DNA of 64,000 nt from Lama glama. Its lineage: Eukaryota. Under the pieces are notes generated by a model, which was given only the letters and a program-made list of their open reading frames with translations, was not told the DNA's origin and did not search any database. This document shows, in pieces, positions 24,866-39,789 of this stretch. The DNA is taken from NCBI GenBank assembly GCA_028534125.1, contig CM052816.1, forward strand, positions 23,376,001 to 23,440,000, written 5' to 3'. Every line of letters starts with the position of its first letter. Within the stretch, counting starts at the first letter, position 1. The position numbers were made by a program, and so were the translations under genes.

Positions 24866-27800
24866 TGGATTCAAACGTATCCATTCGCTGCTCTGAAGGA
24901 CACCTCTTCACTCTACCTGTGACTCTCTCTGGGGGAAAATTACAATTTGGTTTCTTCCCTCTGGCATTTCCAGTGTTGCTTTCCTGGTGTGTCCAAGTTT
25001 TATCTTTAGGAAAAGTTTTCACGGGCTCAAACTGCTAACATCATTCCATTTACTTTCCCTGCCAAAAGGCTTCAAAAAGAATCATCAGACTACAATGGTA
25101 GAAGGAAACTTAGAATCATCTGGCCATCTGGAGTTATAAAATCAAGAAAACCAAGGCTTAGAAATCTTGCATGACTCGCCTAAAATCACACAGAGAGTTC
25201 ATGTGAATGTCAGGGCTGGAATCTAAGCCTAATTTCCACACTGATACTTGGTTTTAATACATCACTCTAAATCTGCTCACGACCTACGTTCTGCTTCCAT
25301 TTCCACCAGCTTCCTAGTTTCCTCCACTGGACTCTGGAAACTGTTCTGAGGCCACCCACGGTTTCCTCTCCTTTATTCTCCTCTCTCAGGCATCTGACCC
25401 GTGACCACTTCTCTCCTCCACGAATATTACACGGCTGCATTTCTCTTCTTCTCTAGCAACTGTTTCTGTTTCCTTAAACAGGTCATGCTCCTCACTCCAA
25501 GGCAGGTCTTCAGTCAGCAACTGTTCTCTGCAGGTATCACTCCCAAAGCATGCAGAACCCCCTACGGACACGATTCCCAGCCCCTTGCAGCCCACTGCTT
25601 CTGCTCTCCTTGTTTCTCATTCCTCATCATCCCACGTGAGACGCACCATCATTTCCCCCAAAACTAGCACCTCTCAGCATGTATTTCAATGCGTGCCTTT
25701 TTTCTAGTTATTCAGGCTAAAAAGTTATATAGATCTTGACTCTTGCCTTTTTCAACTTATTTTAAAATATTGCTAAAAAAAACAAGAACGTAAGGAAATC
25801 ACCTGCCCGTATGCCAGACCCTTTATATTCATTATTTCATTTAATCTAATAGCCAGCTTGGGACACACATGTTAATGTTACTCGTTTTATCGTTGGAAAA
25901 ATAAAAAAGCAAGTTTCAAAAAAGATTTATTGTGTCCTAAGGTCACAAATCAGTATTTGGTGAAGACAGGATTCAAACCAGAGACTGCCTGGCTTGGCGC
26001 ACACGCCGCCTCTGTGAGGCTATCTGAAAACACTAGCCCGGCCACAGGACTGTTGTCCAAATAACTCTCATCTTCAAAAAATTTTGCACCGAGGATTTGA
26101 CGTCAAGCACAACACCTCACAGATGGTAGATGTCCAAACGTTGATATCAAGAGCGAGGCCAGGCCCCATCCCTCACAAAGCAGGAGATAAAAATACTGCA
26201 CTAGGCTCTGAACTTTATCTGGGGCTGCCTGTTTTATGTGCTCAGACTGTGAGCTGCCAGAGGCTTTCTGAGGGCGCTGAGGGCTTCAGTTCCAGGCCTC
26301 CTTCAATGGTGGAAACACAATCGCTCTCCCGTGAGATTTGGGAGAAGACGTTAAGGTTTTCATTTTTCCTTCCTTCTTCTTTCTATTGTCTTTTCTATTT
26401 TTTCCTCTTAAAATGTTTTCTGATCATAAAACCAGAACTCTTAAATAGGAGAACATTTTAAAAATATAGTTAAGAAACAATCGTCCCTAATCCCACCATA
26501 TGGAATTATATAGGTATGTACCTATGTTTCTTTCTAGTCTACTAGCATATACACGTGTCGTGTACCTGTGTGTGTGCACGTGTGCGCCTATACAGAAATA
26601 TACATACGTTTAAGTTTTATATTCTACTTTACTTCCTCATTTAAGAAAAGCTCAATAACTATTTCATTTTTAACAGTATTAAATAATACTTGTAAGCTGG
26701 TTTTTAATTGCTGAATAATCACTTCTAAATATATCACAATGTTAAGAGCTATTCATTCATTCAATCCACTGCTCAACAAAATCAAATTTGTACAGCCAGA
26801 ACTCAGGGTACAGCAATGAACAGGGCTGACAAGACCCATCACCCACTTACACCCCAGGATGGGAGACGATGTGCCATTTGTTGAGCTGCGACAAAGTGAC
26901 ACAACTGCTCCATCACCATTTGTTAATAAGCTTTACACTGATGGTACATATACCATCACTTATTTACGTCTGTGTTCTATTTCCCAATATAAATCAAGGT
27001 TAAAATATAGCTTGGAAGTACCCCACCAAGTACCTAATGACCAAGGTGGGAGCTAAAGTGACCACTTAGAGAAGATGAATTAATTCTACTTAGAGAGCAA
27101 GTTAAGTGTAAGACCTCAGGGACTCAGGGACACATCTGAAGAGGAAAGCCTCCCAGGGATGCATATACGTGGCCCAGGAGAGAAAGAGAGAATCCACTTT
27201 AAGCACCGGTCACAGAGCTCGGCATCATCAACCCTGATCCCCTCAGTCACTCTCCTTCATCTCGCTTCCCTGAGAGCCTCAGTCCCAGGGGACGCAGAGC
27301 ACTCCCAGAGCGCTGAGCAGGAGAGGAATGAAAGCTCTAGTTGCGGAATAACGAGGACTCTCACTTCTGTCCCATCCTGCATGCGATGAGCTCTAAGACA
27401 GCCTGAATGTGGAGAGCGCCTGCTGCGGAGAAATTTTTAATTTACACGCATTTGGATGGTGTGATGACTATAGGGTTAATATTTTCATTACCAAACAGAG
27501 ACGTTTTGCAACTAAATTTACCAAGGGACTTCTCACAACCCAGGAGTAAACAATACCAGAAGGAAGACCAGGAAAACAGAAAGGAACAAACACACAAAAA
27601 AGCAAACTGCTTGGTTTACTATGATATTCCTTGAGTCCTGCTTACTCAGCGAAAAGCTCTACACATATGATATGAATTCAGGTGCCAAGTTCCATGGAAG
27701 GGTTAGACAGCAGTGTGAGGGTGGCCTTTCAGTGAGGTGACATCTGAGCAGAGACCTGGAGTATGAGAGGTGGTCAGGCCAAGGTGCAGGGGGAGAACAT

Positions 27801-28659
27801 TCCAGAAAGAGAAGAAAAATTAAAGACCCTGAGGTGGCGCCTTTAAGAAAAAGTTACCCTAGCACAGTCGGGGCAGAGTGATGCTTGGGAAACAACCATC
27901 AGAAAGCAACCAGGGCATTAATCCATAGCAGTGTCCCTCGTGGGACACATTCTGATATAAATCCTGGAAAAACCCTACTTTGGTTTTTAGACCATCTATC
28001 TTTTCTCAGACACTGGTTACAGATTGTACTACAGGACGCTTCACGGCAGCCTTTTGTGTAAGAGTCTTACTTTATCCACACAACAATCACACAAGAATAG
28101 TTTTCACTCCTACAAATGAAAAAACATGCTTGCTTTCCCATTTTCTTGAAAACCATTGCCTTCTGCTAACTTTTCCCCAACATTTGAGAGAGATATGAAT
28201 TTTAAAACAATTTCACACACACACACAATTTCACAAACTTGCTTTTTAACTCCATCATAGATACACAACATCACAAGTATAATGAACAGAAGCTGTTCTA
28301 TGTTGGAGAAGTGAAAAAGAAGTGGTTAAAATCTAGTAAAGTGGAAAGGGCATGCTCCACCCTAACATTTAATTATCCAAAATAGCTAATTTTTTGGTTA
28401 TTGTAGTGGTTATAACTTTTATCATTTTAGTCGAATTTCTGCTCCTATCAAGAAAAGCTATCGCTCTTCACGTACTTTCTTACATCCATTCACTTCTCTG
28501 TAATCCCTTGTCGGTTACGTGTTTTTAATTAATCCATTGGGATGTTTATGGATTCTTTAAACATGCAAAAAGAAAGTTGAGAAACAGCAAATTCAGTTTT
28601 AAATTTACTTCTAAGTTTATAAGCAGTCTAGCCAAAAGTTAGGTTCCACTGTACTTTCC

Positions 28660-30410
28660 TGATGCTCATTCACGTTCATTACAAATGTCCCCACTGAATA
28701 CCCAGTTTGGTTCTATGCAAGGCACCGAGGATTCCAAGATGAAACAGATTTCATCCCTATCTCACAGATCTGATATATCAGGCCAAAAGATGGGAAAAAA
28801 TAAGGTGTTTGCACAAATACACTTAAGATATTATAAACTGAGAAAAGTGTCACTAAAGAAACAAAGATCTGAGAGAACTAGAGCAGAGGTCGAGATGCTG
28901 GAGAGGGTGACCCAGGAAGACCTAGTAAAGGAAGCAGCGTTTGAGGCAAGCCCTACAGGAGCCAGCAACACGAAACAGAATGTAAGTGAGAGAAGAGTGG
29001 TATCCTAGGTGGACGATGCAAATGCCAAGACTATGGCTCTGGAAGACAGAGGAACTCAATATATCGACACTGAGTTTACATAAGTATACAATTTGTAATA
29101 ATTATTTATGACAATGTATGTTTATGTCTATGTCACAGTAAAATATGTTTTTAAAATGAGAAACGAAGAATAAAAATCTAATCAAAGAAAAAAAAATCTA
29201 AGAATAAAAATCTATACTACTTGTCAAGAGGCAACGTAAACACTAAAAGAAATGCAATTGCTCCTAAGAGGGAAATCAAGGATGGAGAGGAGGGGGAAAC
29301 AGTTCATTTTTCACACTGTAATTTTTGTAGTAAGTATTGACTTTTCAAATGATGCACATGCATGAGTTAGATTATGTTTTAATTTAATATACAGGTTGAA
29401 ATGGAGGGACGCCAGACCTGCTGGGAGGGTACTGCTGTAATCAAAGCCATAAATGATGGTAGCATTAATGTAAAGTCTATCAGTGAGACAGACCTACAGA
29501 TGAACCAGGACACAGTTAAAGAACTGACGTGGAGACTGCAGCAGAGGCAGGAGTCACAGACAAACAGTTACAGGAGCAAAAGCAGAACAGAGGGGCTGGC
29601 AGGGCATGATTCGTGTACAGCTCTAAAGACCATGATAAGACATTGAGATTTTATCTGAAGTGTAACTGGAAGCAACTGACAGTGTATGGCGTAAGCTGAC
29701 CTGAATTTTGAAGAAAGTCATTCTTGTTCTTTCTTAGAAAGCTGATTACACGGTGACAAGAGTAGAATCCGAGAGACCAGCTGGAAGTCATAACAGTTCA
29801 AGTGCAGGACCATGATGGCTAGACCAAGGAAGCAACACACGGTGGCTGACCCAAGCATATGGAGATAAGCAAATACATTTGAGATAAATTTGGATTTCTC
29901 ATACAAACCAGACAGCAACCACCCAAGTCTGTTAATGTTTTAGATGCTGGGACATGGAGGGCCAGTAACAGAATTAAAGATGACACCAGTTTCTGGCTTA
30001 GGTACTCAAGAAGGGGAGACTGAGGTCTGTAATAGAGATAAAAATGTCAGATACTGAGGATGAAACAGAGTTTAGGGGCAGCGGGTCGAAGTTTCTGATG
30101 GGGCTGTGTTCGGTGTGATTGCTCTGCGAAGCATCCAAGTGCAGAAATCAAGTAGACAGTTGGGGTATGGAGCTTAGTGGAGAGTTTAAAGCTAGAGACA
30201 TGTATCTGGGAGCTGCCAATAGAGAGATCAGTTTTCAGTTCATGGGGATAAGTGATGTTATCCAGAGAGAGAGAATACAGAGAAAGAACCAAAGAGAGTC
30301 TAAGGCCAAACCTGAGGGCCCGAACGTGGAGAAGCAGAGCAACAGCTGGCAAAGGAGACTGAGGAGGAGAGGCCAGTGAGGATAAAGGAAAAGCAGGAGC
30401 TTATATAGTT
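28660..30410 (-). mobile_element. L2 LINE fragments, interrupted
   Basis: Purine-rich reverse L2 text: cattcacgttcatt...; tgagattttatctgaagtg; aagtagacagttggggtatggagctt...gctagagacatgtatctgggag. Confidence 0.6.
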
Positions 30411-32699
30411 GCCTTTTAAAATCAGAATGCACTCTTTCTAGGAGTGGCTTTAAAGAAAAGACAGGAGTAAGTTCCTACTCAGTTCACTCTGAAGAAGCTC
30501 TGACCCTGTCTAACCCACACTGCTCCGGTGGGAAAAGAGCAGTCCTGTGCAGAATGATCAAACACGTGTACGCCCGCTGCTGTTCAGTTCAACAACCAAA
30601 ACTGAGCAAAAGCTAACACTGTTCCGCCTGTATCAATCAGGGTTCCCCCAAAGCATGAGTTTCATTGCAAATGAGAGAATTTCACATGTTCCATTTTGTT
30701 GAGTCATGCGGAGCATTTAAATTTATTAACTAACTCTGCTTGACCTATGCTTTTTTTTTTTTTTTTCAAGGTGGCTTCCAACTGGCCACCCACCCTAGCA
30801 GTTAATGAGCTGGTGCACACTCGGCCGTGCACCTAGCTGTTAAAGTGTTAGTCACCCAGCGATCGTTCAGGGCCACTCACCATGGTGATGAGCACTGGCA
30901 GCACTGATCTCAGGCAAGCCCAGCCCCGTCCTGTGCTCCCAGTGGAACTGAATGAGACCACTGAGAAAGCCGCACAGCTGTGATTTGGGGAAGCGCTCAT
31001 CACTGCCAGGTCTTCCCGGTGACCTCACGATCAACAGAGGTTTGCCAGCCTCCTACGTACCCCTAGAGAGCAGATACGAATTCATTTCACCATAGAAACA
31101 AGATCAGTGGAGCAAACTACTCAAGGACCATAGCACTGGTACTCAGAGACATGGAAAAAGTGTTGCGGCTTACTTTCCAGACTCAATTAAAGGTCAAGTA
31201 AATACAATAACTCACACATTCAACAATATTTACTGAGCACACACTATGTATCAGCTAATGTGTTAGATGCTGGACATACAGCAGGGTACAAAAGAGTCAT
31301 TTTTCAAAAGACAAGCTTAAGTGTCTTTTATAATAACTAAAGAGTTTATTTACTGTAGACTTTAAGTCCTCTTTTCCATCTGCATCAGCAAAATGTGGGT
31401 TTTTCTCCACGAAGGACCCTTGGATAATCAAATAGTATTCCCCCCACATTTTGAATGGCATTAGGTAAAATTTCCTTGGTGTTTTCCGCCCATTAAAGGG
31501 GGCAATCAATCTTGGACCAACAAAGTTCTTTCACACATGGCCTGTTTCTGAACTACCAGGTCCTCAAATGCAAACATATGACTAAGGAGAGCTGGAAGAA
31601 CATACTTTTCCTTTTTTTTCTTTACTCTCGCTTACAGACATGTCCCTTCGGTGGGTACAGAGGCTCAAAAAGCTAATGTAAACATCAGGGTGATGTATTA
31701 GAGATTACCTTGAGAGGCCACACACCTGAAGAGCTGAAATCATCTGGTAAAAATGCGGATACCCAATGCACTCTGCGTATACCCGACCACACCGGGAATA
31801 TTAAAATCACGTTTTAAGAAAAACAGTTATAAAGGAGAACCTATCCAAACAAGAAATTAGGGGTCAGTTTGTTCCAAATTCCACCCAGAGAAGAAATCAT
31901 TCACCAATATCCCTGATAAATACTGAATATTCTATTTATGCATTTCAATCACAAATAGAACAATTAGCACTCTGAAGCAATCTAGGCCTCTCTTGGACAG
32001 AGGCACCTCTCACAAGGATTTTTATAAAAGGCCCAGAAGGCTTTCTCAAAACCACTTTAAACCATGAGCCCTCATTCTGCATCCTAAGCATCATTTCACA
32101 TTTTATTTGTATGACAAATACCCTCATGGCTTCTCTCTAAGTGCCTGGTTACTCGAACCATTCCTAATATGAAATAGGCTTCTCTACGCTTCTTCGTACT
32201 TTTCATTTTACTTGGATAGTCTCCAGTTTACAAATGTCACTCAGTTTTGATTTTCTTTGATTTTAAAGTACGGAAGGTAATATTAAATGAAAACTGTCTT
32301 TAGCGCATAGGATGAGTTGAAATGAGAGACACTGAAAGCCTGCTACAGACTGGTATAGGATAAGAAGAGGGGAGGCGTTTCCATTTATTAATGTTTATCA
32401 TTCCTTATCAGGAAATATTTCAAACTTTCAGAAATACATAGGGTAACACAGTGCCCAGTAATCCACTGCCAGTATTTAACAGATGTTAACATGTATATGC
32501 TGTAGATCATTTTGTAAAAACGTAACAACTCACTGATTTCGGCTGAAGTGGACCTGCACACTTTCCCAAAACAAACCCCTCTCTCTTATTGCTCAGAGCT
32601 CACTACTACACTGAAGACGTGCCTATCTTCTGCACTCAAGGTTTAAACTTTCACTAAAGACACCTCGCTATTACAAGTACAGCAATGAACATGCCTAGG

Positions 32700-33410
32700 C
32701 CTGTTTAAAAGGGTTCACTCTGGTCACTGTATTGAGGACAGACTACAGAGGGGGAACGGCTGGCTACTGCAACAATGCAGGTGAGGAGTGGTCAGTGGCT
32801 CCAGCCAGGGTGGCATTAATGGCAATGGAACTGATCAGATGCAGGATAAATTCCGAAGACAGAGCAAACAGAAAGCACAATTTTGAATGCGCATTTTGAA
32901 AGAAACAGAGGAATGTAGGACCACAGTATGATTTTTCTTCTTTTCCAAATCAACCTATACAGTTGACCATCAATAATAATAATTTAAGGAGAGCAAGATG
33001 GGGTGGGGGTTGGGGGAAGACCCAACTGTTCGGAACATGTTAGGTTCTGTGTATCTACCAGAGCTCATGCTGAAATGTCAAGTAGGTAGCTGGGCATACA
33101 AACTTGGAGCTCAACAGAGAGGTATAAACTAGAGCTACTTATTTTAGAGTCACTGACACAGTTCGCATTTAAGCCACGGGAATGGAAAAGATCAACAAGT
33201 AAGTATAGACAGAGGAGGAAAAAAAAGGTCCATGACTGAGCCTGAGGGCACAGCCGTGTAAAGAAGGGGCAGAGAAGAGGAATAACCCAGGCAGCAGCCT
33301 GGGAGGGAGCAGTCAGAGAGTGGCGGAGTCCTGGACAGCAAGTGATAAAAACACGTATCAAGAAGGAGGGACAGCATAATTAGCTCTTCCCAGTACTGCA
33401 CGTGCTAAGA
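32700..33410 (-). mobile_element. L2 LINE fragment
   Basis: cactctggtcactgtattgaggacagactacag...gaaatgtcaagtaggtagctgg...catttaagccacgggaatgga. Confidence 0.65.
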
Positions 33411-35539
33411 CAAACACTGAAAATCGGTAGCACCAAGTGAATAGAATAGTTCTCTGTCAGCTCCATATCCTTTATCCTTTGCAATTAACTATTCTGAAAT
33501 ACAGACACTTATTTGTTTACAATTTGAATAAAACTGAGATACGACTACCATTTAAGTCCTTATTTCATTAATGCTAAATGCAATATAAATTTCAATGGAA
33601 GATGAGGAAAATGTGCACCCTCAAAATTCATGACGCATAACACACGGATTCTGCAACTTTAATATTGATGAATGGAATCTCTGTGGTTTGAAAGGAAAAT
33701 TAAAGATAAGGAAAAATAAAATACTTGAGAGCACTCCACCATGAACAGACAGAAAAGTAACAGTTGTAATTCTTGTGAAATAGATGATACATGGATAATT
33801 TTTACTTTTGCCAACTATCTTGGTTATAATAAAGCATAAGAGTCATGCACTTAATTCCATCTGAAGTTTTATTTAAACTAATGGCAGAACGTCTTTATTC
33901 TTGTAATTTTCATATTGTTATATGCTGCTAAGATGTTAAAAAATACTTTGGGATTTTAATTCCATAATCCAACAAATTAGTAGCTACAGATTCTTAGCAT
34001 TTCCCAAATTGAATTAAAATCATATTAATGTTGTTATCTAAGAGATTGATTAAAATTATTGTATACAGGCAGAGTGAAAGACAGAATCATGAATTTTCCT
34101 AGAAAGGTCCTTCCTGGTTGAAATCAGTATTCTTAAGATACCTTCATTTAAATATTTAGAAATCTACCTAAATATTCTCTTCCCAAGTGATTAAAGAGTT
34201 ACTTTAAAAAGATAACTACAAAGCATCTTACTTAAAAGAAGAAGTTATTCCACGTTCTGAAAAGGCACATTTAAGTAACATTCAACTAAACTTGCAAAAC
34301 AAATTGAGACAACATTTAGAATAAACACGATTACAACACATTAATTCTATAAATGACAATCGCTAAGACCCTAACAGCCAAATAAGCAAATGATATGTAT
34401 CTATCACCAAGGAAGAGAAACAGAGAAATAGCTATGGAATGGTGATCACTGCTGGCTAGCAACTAAAAGAATGTAAATTCCAACAATTAGGCACAATTCC
34501 ATTGTTTCATATAGTAATTTAAAAAATAAGCATATAAAAGAAGACTTCACAGTTAGCTAAAATAGTCAACCTGGTGCCCTGAGACTCTGCTGGTGGCCTC
34601 ACAACTTAGTTCCCTCTGGGAAACCTTTGTAGAACCAGGTTACTTACACCCTTGGACTCAATAATGGTTCTGGCAGTTTATCTTTAGATACATTCAAAAC
34701 ACGGCCTGCTTACTTTGTTTTATTAAAATCAACCATACAAAAAAGAATTAAAGAAAAATATATGGAAGAGATGATTGTAACTTTGGAATAGGGAAGATCT
34801 TCTTAAAAAAAATACCACACAGTACTAACCACATAGAATAATATTCACTTTTCAAGACTGTAAAAAAAAAAAAAAGGATGCCATTTTGAGTCTACCATTA
34901 ATAATAAGCTAAATTATGGCATATTCAGGGAAAACACATTATATTCCCTTTAAATCTGACTTTACTGAAGTCTATGTGGCAATACTATAAAATGCATATG
35001 ATACATAAGTTTCTTTTAAGATTATAAAAGTTGTATGTACACTTTAATTTGAACTTTTAAAACAACTCAAAACAATCACAGGGAAACAAACTGATAATAA
35101 AAAGAGTACACCAAAATTATAACAGCGGTTGTAAGCAGTGGAAATATGAGTATGTCTCTTTAAAAAAATCGTGGGTGATTACACTGCTCTCATAATATAT
35201 ATACATTTATGTATATTAAATATACATATGTGCACACATACATTGACCTTTAGTTATACAAGCAATACACAAGGTCTCCATCAAAATGGTCTTCAGAACT
35301 ATAAATAACTTTAAAGATCTCTTTACCATCGTCAATCCCTAGACATCTTCATTTATCTCCAAAAATATTCACTATTATCAATTTGACCTGATTCCTTCTA
35401 GATCTTTTTATATCTTTATACATATACACACCAGGCACCCACAAGGAAACACATAGTATCTTGAGTTTTTTTTAACATAAATCGCAAAATAACCTAATCA
35501 TTGTTCTACAACTGGCTTTTTATTGAAATTCAGCAATCC

Positions 35540-36250
35540 TACACTATTCAAAGAGGAGAAGAGCAGAGAGATTTGATTACGACTTCAGAGAAGGAAAGGT
35601 CTTCTTAAAGGAGCACCAAAAAGCAGTATTATTAAATTTGACTCTATCTGGACAGTATTATTAAATTTGACCATATGAAAATTAAAAACATTTTATGACA
35701 CAACATGAACAAAGCTGGCAGACTGGAAGAAAGTATTGGTAACATACGTAATAAAAGAATTTATTTAAAGACAAGTAATTCGGAAAGCCAAGGGAATCCG
35801 GCAGAAGAATACCCAAATTACATGACGGGGAGTCCTTAATAGAAGAAACCCTGAAGGCTGATGTCATTAAAGATGCCCCACCTGTCCAATAATCAAGGAC
35901 GTTAAAATGGAAACAATAGCAGGATGCCATTTCACAGCCATCTCCATGGAAATAAAATTAAAAACTGGAGAATATCAACATTTGAGAAGTTACAGGAGTA
36001 ACCAGTAACATGAGCGTGAAACAGAAGTGCTGGGGGTAGAAGAACTGGGATAAAGGCTTTGCAGAGCAATGTTGCACTCTTAAATGAAACTGCATACTCA
36101 AGGCCTCAGCAGTTTCACCAAAAAGAGAATACTTGCACACTTGTAAAGGAATAGGCAAGTGTAACACTGGGAGTGCAAATTGTTTCTCATCATTAAAAAA
36201 AAGAAAACAACCTAAATGACCCCTGTGTGGGGGTTTTTAAAAGATAAGTA
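35540..36250 (+). mobile_element. Old LINE-1 ORF2 end / 3' UTR remnant
   Basis: cagactggaagaaagtatt...gatgccatttcacagccatc...aaaacaacctaaatgacc. Confidence 0.55.
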
Positions 36251-38602
36251 ATAGCTGTTTACGATTTACTGTCTAAATTCTCCTATTTCTAACCTAGGAC
36301 GAGATGACACATCTGCACTAGAATATGTGGAATGATTTGAAGAATTAGGGTTCTTTTACCTCATTCCCTATCTGGACTTCAATTCCACTTGACCAACATT
36401 TATTCTATCTTTCACATGCTTGAAATTAGTTATTTTAATCAATGTTTTATTTGATTTGGTAGAGTCAACATATTAATTTGAGGGCTTCACTTGCCTTTTA
36501 TACAAAATTCTGAATTTTTTCTGCCCTTGAAATGGACTTGGCCTGCTCCCTTAGACTGTGGATTTACCCATGTGTGTTCTCTCACTTCTGTTTCCTACTC
36601 AGTCTTCAGAAGTTTTGAAGGCTGTATAGGAAATTGAAGACTATAGGAAAACGAGCAAATCAGCCCATCATCTCTGCAGGCGTGCGTTTTCTAATGACTT
36701 TGATCACTTGGCTGTGGAAAGTCGCTATGTCACTTATCTGTACTTGAATGGAGAAGTGTCAGAGTCCTTTTGGAGATTAGTTCCTGGATGGCATTTCAGC
36801 AGTAAAAGTTTGAAAGGAATTTTGGGGAAAGAATGTTGGTGAGAAAACTTCATTTAATTGCTCAACCAACCAACAGGCACTTCCTGGAATGCAAGGGGTA
36901 ATCAGTTTTATATGTTTTCTCCCAGACCTATTTAAACAAATTAATGTAGAAACTGCACATAGACACACTACTACTTAACGTTAACCTAATTTAATATTCT
37001 GCATTCATTTAATTAATTTCAAAATATTTAATAGGTAGCATTATGAAAGGTCCAGGAAATTATTTATTGTACTGACCAAAAGATTTTTCTATCTCTATTT
37101 CTCTTCTCCATTTTATCTAAGATATTAATAGCCCTAACAATGATGCCAGATACAGATACATTCCAAATAAGTTACTGAATCTTAGAAGGTGACTATACGG
37201 AGGCACTTCAAGGTTAAGTGCACTGTCCAAAGTCACACAGTTAGCAGAGCAGTAACAAGGGAGCATGGATTCAAACACACACACTTTGGCTCCTGAATCT
37301 ATGCTCTTAATTTAAAGGAGCCAAGAGCACTCCAAAAGTAAGCTTGTCTGCTCTGGCATTTCATTTGCAAACACTAATGACTAAGGTTTTTTCCCCTCAA
37401 ATTTAGTATTGAACTTAAAAAAAAAACTATTTAGTTTAAGCCGAATATAAAATACTCTTTTTCCTAAAATGGAGTTTTTTGGATCTTTGCATTTTTTTAG
37501 GTTGTTGCACATAAAGTTGCTTTTTATTGTAGGTCAAATATTCACATCAACCATTTCACACAATCTGACCTACCTGGAAGAAACCTCAAGCTTAAAGGGA
37601 AAGGAAGTGGGTGTGGCACTGGAGGCACAAACTCAACATCTGCTCCACCATGTGGAACCTGTGTAAGTTTAAGCAAGTAGTGTAACCTCAGTGGTCCTTA
37701 CTTGCCCCATTCATAGTGCAGGAATACTGAAATCGGTCATACTGAAAACCGACAATTTAATCTGTGAAAAATTCTCATCAACCATAATATATAAAACAAA
37801 CAGTATATACTGGTCCAAAGAATAGTGCCAAAGCCCTAATACAAAAGGTGGACACTTCCAAAGCATTTGCACAACTCAAAATATGCTTCCTACAAAATGC
37901 AAAAATGAGCCATCTCAGGAAATTACAACTAAATTTTTCATCCATCCAAAAAACGAAGAGGCAATGGCCCTGATCGGATTCTCCTAAAAGATAAAATGGA
38001 AGACGTGAGATCAGTAAATTAAAAAAGGAGAGGTTAAGTCCTCAGTTCTATTTGAAAACTGAAGCCGCCTTGGGTCAGTAGATTTTGAAAAGCATGGACT
38101 TCTTGGTAATGACTTCATGGAGCATCCCACGACATGCTGCGAGCTGAGATCACCTTAGTCATCTAAAGGATCTTATAGACTAACATGTTCCAAATCAGAA
38201 AGAACATAGGGAACAGTGTGCAAGACAGCATTTCGAAGTAATCCCTTCCTTCGACAGGAAATGTTTCCTCTCACCTCTGTCATATCAGGCTTATTTTTGG
38301 GCTGATAATAAGCTTTAAAATGAGAAGAGCCACACATTGTTTTGATTAGGCGTATAAATCACATTTTACTTTTCCTAATGGGCACTCAATAGATGTTGGC
38401 CTTTAAAGAAAATGACATCAGAATTATTATCTCCTGACCTGGGTAGTAAACCAAAATGAAGAAGTAAAGTTAAATTGTCTCTACTATAACATTAAAAACC
38501 TGATCTTCACAGACTATTGAGGCTTTGTAACATTTAAAAAGATATTTTACGCTTTCGATTAATCTCCTTAAGCATCATTCATTAGTTTAAAAACACTCAT
38601 GC

Positions 38603-38799
38603 TGGGATTTCAAAATTGTAGAATAGATAAACAAGATTACACTGTATAGCACAGGGAAATATACACAAAATGTTATGATAAATCACAGAGAAAAAAATGT
38701 GACAATGAGTGTGTATATGTCCATGAATGACTGAAAAATTGTGCTGAACACTGGAATTTGACACAACACTGTAAAATGATTATGAATCAATAAAAAATG
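38603..38799 (+). mobile_element. Young 5'-truncated L1 3' end running into the gap
   Basis: aatagataaacaagattacactgtatagcacagggaa...gacacaacactgtaaaatgattatgaatcaataaaaa. Perfect 14-bp TSD aaaaacactcatgc. Confidence 0.85.
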
Positions 38800-38899
38800 N
38801 NNNNNNNNNNNNNNNNNNNNNNNNNNNNNNNNNNNNNNNNNNNNNNNNNNNNNNNNNNNNNNNNNNNNNNNNNNNNNNNNNNNNNNNNNNNNNNNNNNN
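38800..38899. other. Assembly gap (100 N)
   Basis: Run of exactly 100 n. Confidence 0.99.
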
Positions 38900-39789
38900 C
38901 AAAAACACTCATGCCAACTTTGTTTCACTTTTCAGCCCTAGGAGCCGGGCTGATGCGTGGCAGATAAAATGGATGTGAGTGGCTGTGTAAAGCTCAGTCA
39001 GGACAAAGGCAACATTAAGAGTGAAATTAAAGCAACCGTTTCCTACCTTCCAAGTAACAGTTCCTGTCCAGTAAATGCAATGATACATGTGAAAGCACTT
39101 TACACAACTATAAATCCCTACAGAAAGTAAACCATTCCTGTGCTCTACCTCACTAAGTCCTAAGTACTTCACCTCTAGGTAATTAAGGTTTTCATTTCAA
39201 CATAAAAGCCTGTTATGACTATTAATAGGGTCTCTTAACAAAAAAATAAGTAAAACCAGAGGTCTAAAAATCATCCCATGCACACGGTACCGAGTTATAT
39301 CGCCTCATGCTTCACTTTGGTCTTGCAATCTATCTGTGACTTCCTATTTATTCAGCTCATCCAATATGAGACTACAGATCCATACAAGTACACGTATGAG
39401 TCCTCACACTTACGCTGGAAAGAATACATCTACGTCTGTACTGGAGTAAATTGCTTTAAAGACTTGAAGACACGTGTATCAGTGAATTAGACTCTTAATT
39501 AGTAAGAACACAGACCACTCCTACAGACAAACTAATTATTTCACAAACTGAGATTAATTATTTCAAACTGAGAAAAGTTCATCCCCAAAATGTATACTAT
39601 TTGGAATTCACTAGGACAGCTAAGAAAAATGATAAAACAATTTATTTTACATAAAAAGAAAAACATAAAACGTTAAAATTCAGTTATACTAATTAACATA
39701 TGTATATGCTAAATTATATTATTTATATATATATATATAATGATCCATGAATAGAAATCTGACCATCTACAAGTGAATCAAGACCCTGT

